64,000 nt of DNA. It comes from Balamuthia mandrillaris (lineage: Eukaryota). The notes beneath the pieces are model-generated. The model searched no databases, had not been told where the DNA came from, and saw nothing but the letters and a program-made list of their open reading frames with translations. Below are positions 30,370 to 43,012 of this stretch, one piece after another. The stretch is taken from the NCBI GenBank assembly GCA_031835245.2, contig JAVKOQ020000060.1, positions 1-64,000 of the forward strand, read 5' to 3'. Within the stretch, counting starts at the first letter, position 1. Each line of letters begins with the position of its first letter. The position numbers and the translations under genes are program-made.

Positions 30370-33300
30370 AAGAAGTATGACAAAACTAGAAAAAAGAAGC
30401 TTACTCTATATCTCTAGGAATAGACTTCATCCAGGTTCCGCCAGAAATGTCAAGTCGGTCCAAGCTCTCTCCAGCAAACCGTCCCTCAATTACATACTTA
30501 TTAGGTACAAGCAAGTGGCCTTTTCCCTGTATCCGATCTACAAAAGGAATAACAATTCTATGTTGTTAACAGAAGAAATCAAGCAGCAACACAAGGGAGA
30601 AGGAAAACTGAGGCAAACGTACTGTTGACCCATTCTCCATTGTAGATCGTGCCATCCACTAACCGAAGAAAACCCAAACCTGACCGCTGTAATTTATAAA
30701 CTCGGAAAATGAGTAGGCGTATTACGTAAAAAAAAAAAAGCAAACATAAAACAAAACTTCATACCACGCCTTGTGCCCAACAGCCATAATATGTTTCGTG
30801 TGACGCATATGTTTTGATACCATATCCTTGTGGCTATTTGGAGGAAAAAATGGAATAAGGCAAAGAGAGCAGGAGAGAGAGAGAAGCTTTACTTGTTTGT
30901 TTTGCCAAGAGCCCACATATCTATCGCCGTTGGCATAGATAAGAGTGCAGGGCATGGTTACTGCCCCCATGTTCCACTTACACACAAAAATATTTCCGTT
31001 TTCAAAATATAAGTATCCCTTTTGTTGCATTTTGGGTGTCAATAACGAGTATGGTATTTAAAGAAAAGATTAAAAAATGTACCTCGTCATTGCGTTTATC
31101 ATCTACCCAATAGCCTACATACTTTGTAAAACCAGTACTTGGATGATAATGCTGCACTCCTTGTCCATCTATTTTCAACACGTTTTAAGCATCGGTCATA
31201 CAGAGAAAAAACAAAAGATAAACACTTACGTCTTTTGTCTTTCTTCCAATGACCCTCAAAGCGACTGTCTTTCTTTGTATAAACACCATAGCCTTGTCGT
31301 TTGCCATGCGCCCATTCACCCTCGTAGGACTCTGTGTTGGTCTTGATGAAGGTGCCTTTGCCATGAAACTTGCCGGCTTGCCATTGTCCTTTATACGTTG
31401 CTCCATTGGCAAACGTGTATTCAAAATCACGAATGTCGTTTCCAACATCTATAATGTTTACAAATACTGTGAATAAAGTAACTTTTAAACAGAGGCGATA
31501 GGAAGGGAGCCATACCAAAGTCAGACTTTCCCAATAGTTGTTCCAATCGTATTTGAATTGCGCTCAAAAAAGAATGTTTTATTTGTTCGGTGTGTGCTGC
31601 AACCACTAACACTTTTTCTGGTCCTATCAACGTGAACGACGTTGCTTTAAAACGTTTTCCAAAGTGGTTAAGGCGAGAACGAATGAGAGAGAGAGAGAGA
31701 GAGAGAGAGAACAAACATGTGTTTTCTTTGACAGGAGTCTTCGTTTTGATCCAGAGATGCTTTAATGGCAATTGATGCTCGAGCTGAGTCTTGGAGCATA
31801 TACAGAGAAGGTCATTGTACAGAAGGAGAGAGCGGTCCTGTCCCTCCATTGGTGGGACTAAAAGCACCGTTATTGGTATTTTGGCCACGTACTTCCGTGA
31901 AGGTTGCATCAATTGCTGATAACAAAGTGATGAGTTTTTCATGAGTAGAAAAAGAAGTGAGAAGAGAGGAGTGGTTATACTTTAAGGCCTTTGATACCAG
32001 CAACGAGTTGCATATACTCGTTTTGGTTCTGATCATCGTCCAGCTTTTTGACTATTTGTATTAGATGCAGTTCAAACGTTTGCAAGTTGGCATAGTCAGG
32101 ATGGTTTTGTGGTGTTGTTGCAAGGATTTCCTGTAAGCGATAAAAGAGTGAGAAAGAAGAGAGACAGGGAGAGAAGAGAGGAGAGAGAAGAGAAAACAAA
32201 TATACTTTGAAATAGGAAAGGTATTTGTGGATTCGGATTGTAGGTTCCATTATAAGCGAACCTAAAGAGAGATCTCTTCCTCCATCTTCCACTTTCCTAT
32301 AAGTGGCCGCTTCTTTTTCACATTCCTTTTGAGAGAGCAAGAAGAAGAAGAAGAAGAAGAAGAAGAAGAAGAAGAAGAACAAGAACAAGAACAAGAACAA
32401 GAAGATGAGTAGAGTAGAAAGCAAAGTGCCTTAGAAATGGTCAAACAACGTACTTGTAAATAGGAAATGAAGGAGCGATTGGTGCAACAGGTTTGCAGTG
32501 TGGAAAGAGCATTCGCTGTGTTAGCACAATACCTAGTGTACAAAGGAAGCATATCTTTCTGTATAATTCAGAGCAAACAAAACCACAAACAGGAAAATCA
32601 AAGGTTAAATGATAGAAAAAAGAGATCAGAAATAATAGAGAAGCAAAGAAGAGAGAAAAGACAAATAACACAACAAAGAGTGGGGTAAAAAAGTGATCTA
32701 TCCAAAACGAACCATATCTACAAACACGTTTCCTAAGAGCTGGAACTGAGGCGCGGCCCAATTGCGCAAACAACAGTCCAATTGATTAAGCAGCTTCCGT
32801 TGAAACAGCAGTATTTCCTCCACGTTGCTGAAAATGGCCTCTGCCAAGTCTAGTGTGACAGTTTGGAAGTTGTGAGCAGAACTTTCTGTTATCTTACTTA
32901 AAAGCGGTTTGTAGAATATCTAACAAAAGACAAACAATTAGTTTCCTTCAAAAACAACAACAAAACGACAACAGCATGAATGAGAGTAATTACTTTGACA
33001 ATGATGTTTAGCATTCTCACATAACTTCTTTCTGATTTCAACAGGTCCCATGCCATTGTATCTCGCCGCGAACGTTGTTCATCTTAGTTCATGTGAGAAA
33101 AATTTAGAAAAACAAAAGCACCAATGGAAAAATAAAATCGGCATACCAAACATGAAAAGCACATGATTGTCATTTGCACTGATGGTTCGAATATTTCTAA
33201 GGGCTACTATATCATCCACCTTTGGTATAAACGGTAAGAACGAGAGCGAAGAAACCGTATAGTTTCCTTTCGAGGCGTTGGCAAGAGAAGACAACATTGG

Positions 33301-36300
33301 TTGGGAGGGGCTTCTTTTGATGGAAGATGACAGAACTTCTTTCTCTGCTTCCTGAGAGGCAGAAGAAGAACTTGGTGCAGGCTGACTGGCCTTCCTTGAC
33401 GCCGCAAGTTGTGCCGGTTGTTTGCCTGTGCTTCGTCTCTTGCGAATGATGAGCTTGCCAGAAGAGGAGAGTCTAGTATCGCCTCCGTTGCCTTGTAATA
33501 GATTTACTGCATAGGCAAGGACATCTCCTTGATCTTCAAAAGAAAGGCATCAACAAGGAGAAAGAGAAACAACAGAAAACAACAGGAGGTAATCTTTACC
33601 TGTAACACAGTATACAAAACAACCACCACAACTGATATAACGAATGCTACGACCAGCCAAATTATCCACATTCAACAAGCGTGGTATCACTTCGTTACCA
33701 TTGGAGCTGCTCCGCCTCAACAAAACCTCGGCATCTAAACTTGCACGTAAGGAAGAAGAAGCGGAAGAAGGAGAGGAAGATCTACTGGTGCTGAAACTTC
33801 CTGAAGAAGAAAGAGAAGAAGGAGGAGAAGGAGAAGGAGAGGCAGGTGATGTTGTCGCTTTACGAGCAAAGAGAGAGGAAAGAAAGGAAGGAGAGGTGTT
33901 ATTTCCTGCAGCAGAAGAAGACTGTTCTTTATCTCCAAAATGTTTTTCTTTGGAATTGGGAGTGGAAGGAAGATGAATGGCGGATTGAGTGCGGGATAGC
34001 GTTGTGCCGTTAGAAGGAGAGGGGGAGAGAGGTTGGAGACTGCGAGGAGAGGAGGCGTTGGAGATGGCTTGTGCTTTAGCGAGTGCGTCCAGAGAGCTAA
34101 ATTGGAGGTGGTCTTTGAAGAAACGGTAGCCCCCTTCATATGAAAGCATCATTAAGATGTTGAAAAAACTATATCATCAAGAAACTAATAGAAAGAAGAA
34201 AAAAATAAAAGTTTAAGACGTACAAGTATAAACATCTCCCGTTTCTGTAATTTGAAGATCAACAAAAGTGAGCAAAAGAAGCGATAAAGACTAGAAAGAA
34301 CATGGAGAAGAAAGGGTATGACCTGTTAATGCAGCAGTCATCCACCGACTGCAACTTATTTGCGAAATAGATTTGCCTCGAAGAAACTTGACGACACTGG
34401 GCACCAGTTGAGGTTGTGCAGTAGGTAATCCTAATGATAACGAATCTCCCATTGTGTATACTTCACTTTTATCTGTTGCACAAAAAAAGATAGATGAGAA
34501 GTTAAAAAGACCACAGAAGAAAGAAGAGATGAAAGGCTGAAGAGAGAACCAGTAATAAAAGCAGTGTGATTGGCACCGCATGCAACGCTGGTAGCTTTAG
34601 GGATGTCAAGTATTCGCTTTGGATAAAACTGTTTATTCGTGTCGCCAAGACCCAGCTATTCACATTTTTAAACGTGTCAATCAATAAATAACAATTCGAA
34701 AACAAAATAAAACAAACAACAGCAATAGGATAGCAGAAGCAGAGTTTCAACCCTTTCTCTGTCTATCTTTTGAATGAGAAACGGAAATACCTGGCCAAAA
34801 TCGGAACTACCAAAAGCAAACATATCGCCCTCTGAGGTAATGCAGCAAGTGTGGTGCTCTCCACAAGCGATGTCAGTGACTTTGAGCAACTCTTGTGTTG
34901 TTGACAAACAGACCGGCAGTTCTACTTTGTCTGTCATCTCTCCAAGTCCGCATTGGCCGTGTTTGTTGCAACCCCACTACAATTGAGCAAACAATAACAA
35001 AATAAAACAATTTAGAATTTGGGACACAAAAATAAAGGCTGAGCTAAGAAAGAAATGGAACGAAAAATAGAAAAGGAGGGAACATACGGAAAAGACTTGT
35101 TGGTCGGCGGTTAGACAACACATGTGATAGGTGCCAACAGCTACCTTCAGTACATAAACCCGATTGAGAGAAGATACAGGAAGAGGTTCCCATTGTATAT
35201 CTTCGTTCTCTTCTTTCTCTTCTCTCTCATCACCGTTTGGTATGTGATATTCAGAGGATTCACCATGACCAAGAAGATTGACACCTTCCACCACTTTCTT
35301 TCCCCATGTGAACAACTTCCCATCTTCTGTATGTTTTTTGTTAGAGAAAGAAAGAATTGACAAGAAAGGAGCATTACACTTACCTGTAACAGCAGCAGAG
35401 ACGTACAATCCAGCAGCAACAAAGCTGATACGGTCCTCCTTCCCAAAAGAAGCTTGCAAAGAACGAGGGCTGGTAAGAACGTAAGGCGACTTTGTTGATG
35501 TCGATGATGATTCCCGATGTAGATGCTGATGACGGTGATGATGTGGTTGGTGTGAACACAACGAAGAGGAAGAAGGAAAACGAGAAGAAGGTGCAATCCC
35601 CAACACACCGTCTTCGCCGTATCCCAATGACAATATCATTGTTTTTGTGAGATTTGGATCTAATGGGAAAGCGGCAATAGCAATGAGAACAAATGATAAA
35701 GATTTTTTAAAAAGAAAAAGAAAGAGGAAAGAGGAAGAAGGACAAGGACAAGGACAAGACACAAATGAAAAGAACAAGAACAAGACACAAATGAAAAGAA
35801 TCTACCTCGTTGCGTAGAGAGTGGGGAAGGAAGTCTAGGAGGCGGAAGTGGAGGAAGATCCGGTTTCTTCTTTCGTGGAGAGGGTCCTCTTGCATTGTTG
35901 TTGTGGTTGTTGGTCGCGGTGGTTCTAAAGGAACGCGACGACAAAACATTTTCCAATGTTGCGTTGAACGAAGAAGGAGAAGTGGAGGAAGAAGGCGAGG
36001 CTGAAGGAAACAGTTGAGTGCGCCTCGACTTGTCGGCAGAAGGGCCAGAGGGTGGCGTCAACGCAATAGAAGTAGCAGAAGAGGAAGACGTGATCTCCAC
36101 ATGCGGCATTTGCTGTTGTTGTTGCTGCCAACCCAACAAAAAAGCCAGTCAGCAGCAGAAGAAGAAGAAGAACAAGAAGAAGAGAGAAAACTCAAAACAA
36201 GAAAGATGAAAGAAAACAAAAATAAAAACGAAAAACGAAAAATAAAAACCTTTAAAGCTTGAAGCTCACGTTCTCTTTGGGCGAGGGACCGTTCCATTCG

Positions 36301-36582
36301 CCGAAGCTCGTTCTCTTTGCGGCGCAGTCGTTCATCCTTTTGGCTCAACGCAAAGTCCCTCAAGTGGGAGGAGGAGGTGGGCGAGGTGGAGGGCTGCAGC
36401 GCAGGGGAACGCGTGGGGCTGACCGCTTCGCCTTTGGGAGAAGAGCTCGTCTCAAGGAAGAGGTCGCTGGCAGCGGTGTTGGTGTTGGTGGTGGTAGTGT
36501 GAGCGAGGTGTCTCTTCATACCCTCCACAAAGGCCATCCCTTGTTCGCTTGCGTCGTCTTTGTCTTCTCCCTCTCTCTTCAT
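28419..36582 (-). CDS. Alsin (ALS2)-like GEF: RCC1-like repeats, DH, PH, MORN repeats and VPS9; many introns
   Basis: RCC1 blades (VAVGTYHMCCLT, DIACGEHHTCCIT), DH start WDLLKSERSYVRMLNII and IMEPTIRIHKY, PH LLLYNDLLCIC, MORN (YTFANGATYKGQW, YANGDRYVGSW), VPS9 SPEEKL and GADELLPILCFVL. Confidence 0.88.
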
Positions 36583-36741
36583 CTCTTTTTTTTTTTTCTT
36601 CCCCGCTACTCTTTTTCTCTTTTTTTTTTTTTCATTTGATTTTAGGAACCTACGAGGGAACATTAAGAAGCGAATATGTTGGTCCGTTGGCGTACAAACA
36701 CGGGGGCATGTTGCACACCTAATATGTAGTGTCGACAAAAG

Positions 36742-36755
36742 TTTTCCCGCCAAAA
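36742..36755. promoter_or_regulatory. E2F-like site TTTTCCCGCCAAAA upstream of the alsin-like gene
   Basis: Matches the E2F consensus TTTSSCGC, about 160 nt upstream of the ATG at 36582. Function untested. Confidence 0.35.
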
Positions 36756-36797
36756 TTTTTTGCCGTTAAAAGCGTAGCTAAGGCAAGCACGAATAAG

Positions 36798-38304
36798 CTA
36801 TTCGTTACTATTTTCTGCCTCCTCTTCTTTCTCCTTTCCTTTAGCTTTCACTTCCTCTTCTGCTTGTTCTTCTTCTTCTTCTTCCTTGTCTTTCCCTTTC
36901 TTACCTTCTTTCTCGTCTTCTCCTTCATTCTTTTCTACTTCTCCTTCCTTTTGTTGTTGTTGTTGTTGTTGTTCTGTGGACCTCTTTTCTTTCTCGGCCT
37001 CCCATTTTCGTTGATTCTCCTTCTCCACCTCTTCGGGATCAAGAGTCCAGTCGATCGGATCCTGCCCTTGCTCTCTCAACAGCTCGTTGCATCGCGAAAA
37101 GTGCCTGCAGCCAAAGAAGCCCTTGTTGGCGGAGAGGGGGCTGGGATGCACCGTCGTGAGGACGTGATGCTTGGCGGTGTTGATGAGAGACATTTTGGTT
37201 TGAGCTGGTTTGCCCCATAACAGGAACACAACTCCTTGCTTGTGGGCGTTTATCAAGCGAATGATTGCATCTAATTATTGTATTCCCAGGTCCATTTTGT
37301 TGTTGTGTTTGTTCGTCAGGAGAAAAATTGGAGAAAGAGGAAAGAAAGAAAACGTATGACGAAGAAACAAACCAGTGAACTGCTCCCAGCCTTTCCCCTT
37401 GTGCGCATTTGCTTTGTGAGCCTCCACCGTAAGAACGACGTTGAGCAAGAGGACGCCCTGTCTGGCCCATTTGTCCAGGTTACCGTGTTTGGGATTCTCT
37501 TTGAAGTCAGGGACCGCTGGGTCTTGGGCCAGCTCTTTGAACATGTTGCGAAGCGAAGGCGGCGGCGTCACGCCGAACGGCACCGAGAACGACATACCCA
37601 TCGCTTGTCCGTTGTCGTGATAGGGATCTACTCCAAAACAAAAAACAAAGAAGAAAGGAAACAAAAGAAAAACACAAGCAGAACAACCCACAAAAAAAAC
37701 AAATGATGAGAGAGCGAAAAAGAACAGTCCACATTGGAAGAACAGGAGAAGAGCAAAAGAGAGAAAAGACGCAAGAAGAGTGTAGGTGAAGAACAAACGA
37801 AATAACCTTGGCCAAGGATGACCACTTTCAAAGCGTCAAAAGGGCAGGTATCGAGCGAGTGAAAGATGAGGTGTTCAGGAGGGAATATGGTCTTCCCATT
37901 GCGCTTTTCGCTCTGCAGGAACTTTGCCAACTTCGTGAAGTAAGGTTTCTTAAGAAGAAACTATAAGTGAGAAAAAAAAAGGTGCAAAAGAAGAGAAGAA
38001 AAAAAAAACATACTCTAAACTCAGCATCCAGCTCTTCTCGCCAAGAAGGCTCTCTTAGATGTTGTCGCAGTTGTTCCACTTCTGCGGGCAAAGGTTTGGC
38101 AGATGATGATGCTGAGCCAAGTGTGAAAGATTTGGAGGATGACGAGGCAGAAGAAGAAGAAGAGGTTCGTGACTTTTTGTTTTGACTGGTTTCTTCTCCT
38201 GTACCTTCCGCATCTTCTGAAGCTGGGGCACCCTTGCGTTTGTTGGTGGTGGGCCCGCTTTTCTGTGTGAAGAAGGAAGTTATGGCTTTTTGCTGCTTCG
38301 ACAT
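36798..38304 (-). CDS. UNG: Uracil-DNA glycosylase family 1, 3 introns
   Basis: N-terminal PIP box [50 protein letters not shown]. Confidence 0.96.
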
Positions 38305-38538
38305 GGCTTCTTGTTCTTTTGGCGGTTTTTTTGTTTGTCGTTTTTCTGTTCATCACAATCGATAGTGAATCCTTATATGGTGCAATTATTGGGAGAAGCA
38401 TTAAAATATGGAAAAATATTTTCGTAACCCAATATTTTCTCCATAAAATTAAATAAATCCATTAAAACGAATATATTCTAAAATATATGTCTTTATAAGG
38501 AGCAAGTTGCGCAAAAATCGAGAAAGTATCGGGAAAAA

Positions 38539-39075
38539 TCAAGACGCACCGCTCTCTTTCTTGGCTGAAGAGGAGGAGAAGAGAAGCCCATCCAAACGGC
38601 CTTCTGCATCAAGAGCCAACAAGCCACTACAGTCCCCAACGTACTCCCCATCAGCAAAGACCTGAGGGACGGTCCGTTTGCCCCCAGTCCTCTTCGTCAT
38701 CTCCTCCTTGGCACCCTTCACTTGGTCCACGTCGATCTCGTGGTAGGGCACGCCCTTGCTGTCCAGCAGCTGCTTGGCTCGACTGCAGTAAGGACACCAA
38801 GAAGCCGCATAGACTTCTATTCGTTTGACGCTTTTGTCTTCAGTCCTCTCAGACGAAGCAGAGGAGGTGGAGAAGGAAGAAGACGAGAGAGCCCTGCCTG
38901 CAACGGTGCTGGAGTAACCAAAGGATAAAGAAGAAGCTGTGGTTGCTTGAGTTCGAAAAGCATGAGGGACAACGAATGTTCGCAAGGAAGAGGAGAAAGG
39001 GCGAGCGAGAGGGAGAACCCTGCTCCTGCAACCCTGCGCAGCCACCCCACCACGCCAGAGCATGCTTCTTCTCAT
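38539..39075 (-). CDS. Dithiol glutaredoxin (Grx3/GrxC-like) with a predicted mitochondrial presequence
   Basis: WCPYC, TVPQVF and YVGD motifs. The N-terminus MRRSMLWRGG... is R/S-rich and lacks acidic residues. Confidence 0.92.
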   Translation of the reverse strand: MRRSMLWRGGVAAQGCRSRVLPLARPFSSSLRTFVVPHAFRTQATTASSLSFGYSSTVAGRALSSSSFSTSSASSERTEDKSVKRIEVYAASWCPYCSRAKQLLDSKGVPYHEIDVDQVKGAKEEMTKRTGGKRTVPQVFADGEYVGDCSGLLALDAEGRLDGLLFSSSSAKKESGAS

Positions 39076-39325
39076 TTTGTTGCTTTTTGTTTTTGTTGCT
39101 GATGGTTGGATTTGTTGGCGACAAACACGTAATGATTTCCATTTTAGCGGGGATGGTGATGTCATTATCAAAATGATGACGTCGGCTCAGATCTCCAACT
39201 TTAAAAAAGGATAACGTGAAGACGCCTGTTCGCCTCGTTAACCATAGTGCGGGGGAACCACGAGGCGTTTTTTTTTTTCCGGTTCCCGAAAAACAAGAAA
39301 AAGAAAGCCATAGGGGAGGCAAAAA

Positions 39326-40955
39326 ATGCAAGGTCCTATGGGAGAGGCTCTCACGCCACGCTCCAGGGTGAACTTCACTGGGGTCTTCTCGCTAAGAACG
39401 CAAGCAGAAGCCTGCCTCATGGCCGTTGCTGTTCAAGGTCTTGTAAAACAGTCCGTCTTTGTCTTCGACAAACTGGCCGACGGTTCTGTGTCCGGGTTGG
39501 AGGAAGACATGGAGACTATCGTTGGGCTTACGCACCAATTTATAGAGCTCACTCTGGATGAAGCTGAGCGGGATGCTGCCGCTAACTTGGCAAAAGCAAT
39601 GAGCAAGACGTTGGAAAAACTGCAAACCGACTTCGAAGCAGCTAAACCTCAATGTCAAAATGGTAACTCCCCTTTCCTGCTTTTCTCTTCTGTTAGGGTG
39701 ACGGACTGTGATATAAACAGGAGAGGCAAGCATTGAAGAGAATCTAAAGATAAGCATTATAGAGAACATGCAACTCTTCCTGGCGAACATGGTTGAGATA
39801 GCTGTTCTCATGGAGGAAAATCAGATAAAGAGGGGTATTGAAACTGTTAAACAAGCGCTGCAAGCGTTGCAAAGGCTGAGAGGGCAACAGGGTGGCAATG
39901 TCGAAGAAGAACGAGGACAAACCCTGCTTTCTCCAAGGTTTCTGCCGTTCTTTTTCCCTGTTCTGTCAATTCAACTGCCCGAGTGTCTTTCGTTTCACCA
40001 TAGGGTTCATTCTCCAAGAACGCCACGATCCTTCTTTGAACAAAGAGCTCAAAACCTCAGGGAATCTCTGAAGTACGTTTGCCAACTGTTGGACAATCGT
40101 ATCGCGGTAACGCAGCAAGAAGATCTCCGCCAAAAGCTGCACGACGCCAAGGCGGTCATCGAAGGGGCTACCAACGAGCTCATCACAGTCAGCAGAGCTT
40201 TGAACTTTCGACCTGAGGGAAGCGACCCTGCATCATGTTTGCGTCTCCCTTTTGTCTTATGCTCTTCACTATCTGCCTGTTTTGTTTTCTACTGATGAAG
40301 AACTATTCCTCTCCCTTCTTTGAAAGTTTAGTTTCTAAAGCCAACTTACAAAACAGCACAACGACAAGCGGCACTCATCTCTGATGTGGTAAGAGTGATG
40401 AAAGACCTTCTGGCCCTGCTTCAAGGAAAAGCCCTGGCAGTGGGTTCCAATGCCTCATTCTCCTATGAAGACCTCCTGCGGCACTTGGCCGAGTTGGAAA
40501 CGGCGGTAAGGGAAAGGCAGGCCAAAGCGGCAGTGGAGCACGCCAAGGGGGTGATCGAGGAGGTTGCCATCTTGACGCTGGACAAAGCAGAGGATGATGC
40601 TGTCTTGTCAGCGCTTCGTGAAGGTTCATTCTTCCTTCCTTTTCTTGTCTGTTTTCTTGCAAAGTCGGACGGACCGGTAACAACACAAACAGCACTAAGA
40701 CAAAAGACAAAAGAGCTGATGGCGGCAGTAAAAGCCGTGTTGGAAGACTCCACCAAGTCGGGAATGCTCTGCTCGGCAGTGGCGGGAGTGCAGAAGCTGG
40801 CGGCTGAAGTGGCAGCGTACCTCAAAGAGGTGGGAGGTGAGCCTGATGACGGTGGTGGTGCGGGAAGAGCCAGTCACGCCCTCAAGCAGAGCTTGATGGC
40901 AGCATCCAAGGCTTTGTCCCTGCAAATAGCCGGCTTGTTGGAAACGGTAAAGTAA
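39326..40955 (+). CDS. All-helical protein, probable short vinculin/alpha-catenin-family member
   Basis: Spliced helical protein. FSLRTQAEACL and LDNRIAVTQQEDLRQKLHDAKAVIEGATNELITVSRA resemble vinculin head D1 segments. Confidence 0.5.
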
Positions 40956-41109
40956 GACCGAAGGAGGAGAGAGAAAAAAAAAAGCAAAAAGAGGAAAGAG
41001 GAAACAAAAGAGGAGAGGGAAGTGGCAAATAGTGGAAGGCTTGTTTACACAAAAAAAGAAAGAATGAACAAAAGCGATGAATGAACAAACAAAAAATAGA
41101 ACAGGTTTT

Positions 41110-43012
41110 TCACTTCTCCAAGTGGTAGGTAATGCTCAACTTCAACTCGCCGGAGACCTTATCCTTCTTCTTCTTGGGCTCCAACTTGTACCACTCCTCC
41201 GTGGTCTCGCCGTCGTTGAGATCCTCCACAGGGATAACAATCTTTCCGAGGAACGAGTCGGAGAAGATAAAGTTCCAGTCAAAGACGTTGACCTCCAGCT
41301 GCGCTCCGGGCTCGCTGACGTAGAACTCGAAGGGAGCATCCCACTTGGGGTTGGCGCTCTTCTTCACTGTCTTGGTCTTCTCCTTTTGGCGCTCCAGGAA
41401 GAGCACGCAGTAGGCATCGTTCTTTCCGCCCTTCAGGCCGCGAGCTTGCTCCACCGTAACAGCCAATTTGCCAATCAGTTTCTGTTAGGATAAAAATAAA
41501 ACAGGTTAAGAACTGAAAAGAAAACGGAAAAAAGGAGAATTACATACGCCTTTGATTCTGCGAAGTTCTTCCTTGAGACGACGAGTCTCTTCCTCCAAAG
41601 CTCTCCTCTCAGCCTCGTACTTCTCCATCTTATCCCTCTCGTCCTTCTCCATCTGCTTCCTCATGGCCTCATCCTCAAGGGCTCTCTTGGCGTCCTCCTC
41701 AGCTTTTCTCTGACGCTCCAGCTTCTCCTTCTTCCTGGCCTCCTTCTCAGCGGCAAGCTTGGCCTCCCTTTGGGCCTCCTCCAACTTCTTCTGAGCGGCG
41801 ATCCTTTCCTCCTCTCTCTCCTGTTCGGCCCTCTTCCTGGCTTCTTCAGCCTCGAGTCGGGCACGTTCAGCCTCCTCGGCCTTCTTTCTGGCGAGTTCAG
41901 CCTCCTCCTCAGCGCGTTTTCTGGCCTCAGCGGCACGCTCGGCCTCTTCGAGGGCTCTCCTCTTGGACTCCTCTTCCTCGAGCTTGCGCTTCTCAGCTTC
42001 AGCGTCGTGCTTCTTCTCGCCTTGGGAGAGGAAGGCAATGGGGAACTGGGAGAGGTATGTCATGAAGCATTGCTCGTCGGGGCGGCTGAGGGCATCCTCT
42101 GCGAGGATATCTTCGGGATCCAACAAACGGGGGATGTCGAGCTTTTCCTCGGCCAACCTGAAAGCCAATTCGAGGTTTTCTTTAGGATTGTCCTGTAGCA
42201 ACGAAACAGAAATGGTAAGTACATTACTTTATCTCAGAGTACTAGCTTGTATTGAAGGGTACCGGTGAGAGAGAATCGAAATCAATGCAGTCAGGATCAA
42301 AGGCATGCATGAGGGCGCAGAAGCCCAGACCATCATACCAGCTGGCCTGGAAGTCTTGGATGTTCACTCCCTTGTGGTCCTTGGTCTTGTCTTGGCACCA
42401 TTGCAACAATTTTTGCTTGGCCAAACGGGACTCTGTATGTTCCGCCGCAAAATATAAGTAAAAAAAAAAGCGAGAGAAGGGGAGGAAGGGGGGTTACGTT
42501 GAGCAGCGCTGAGTTTAGCAGAGTCACCGTCCTTCTCGCCATGATCAACCTGGAAGTGAAGAATGAGACGCCAAATGGTTCCCAAAACCAACTTCATGTT
42601 TCCAGTGACGAAATCTTTATAAACACGGACAGCAATAATGAGAACACAGAAATAGGGAACAAAGGAAAGAAAGAGGGAAAAAAGAACCTTGAGAAGAAAT
42701 GGACACTTTGACAAACTTTTGGATAAACTCAATGGCAATGGCCAAGTTCTCGCTCTTCTGGATTTCCTTAGTGGGCTTAGCGTGGTACTTGGAGGTACAC
42801 TTCTCTCCCGACAGGATCTCCATCAAGTTGATGAGCATCAAGCCATCAGCGAGTTCTTCCTGGAGGTCGCCCTGGATTTTGAGGCTGCGTTGTCTGAGCT
42901 GAGCGTTCATCCAGGCCTTGAAGGTCTTTTCGTGAAGCCTCTCGATCTCCTTTTGCTTCACTTTCCTCTCGCGAGTGTTGACGGACTCATTTCCAGTGAA
43001 ACCCGTAGACAT
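41110..43012 (-). CDS. Tandem calponin-homology actin-binding domain, ER/K-rich helix and C-terminal C2 domain
   Basis: CH1 HEKTFKAWMNAQL...LADGLMLINLMEILSG...LVLGTIWRLILHFQ; CH2 KLLQWCQ...SWYDGLGFCALMH...IPRLLDPED...PDEQCFMTYLS; C2 ANPKWDAPFEF...VFDWNFIFSDSFLG. Confidence 0.9.

Noticed and set aside
34080..34152. ORF text YEGGYRFFKDHLQFSSLDAL resembled the end of an SH2 domain inside the alsin-like gene
   Set aside because: Splicing gives ETGDVYT/WGYRFF, an ordinary RCC1 blade. The apparent N-terminal part is intron.
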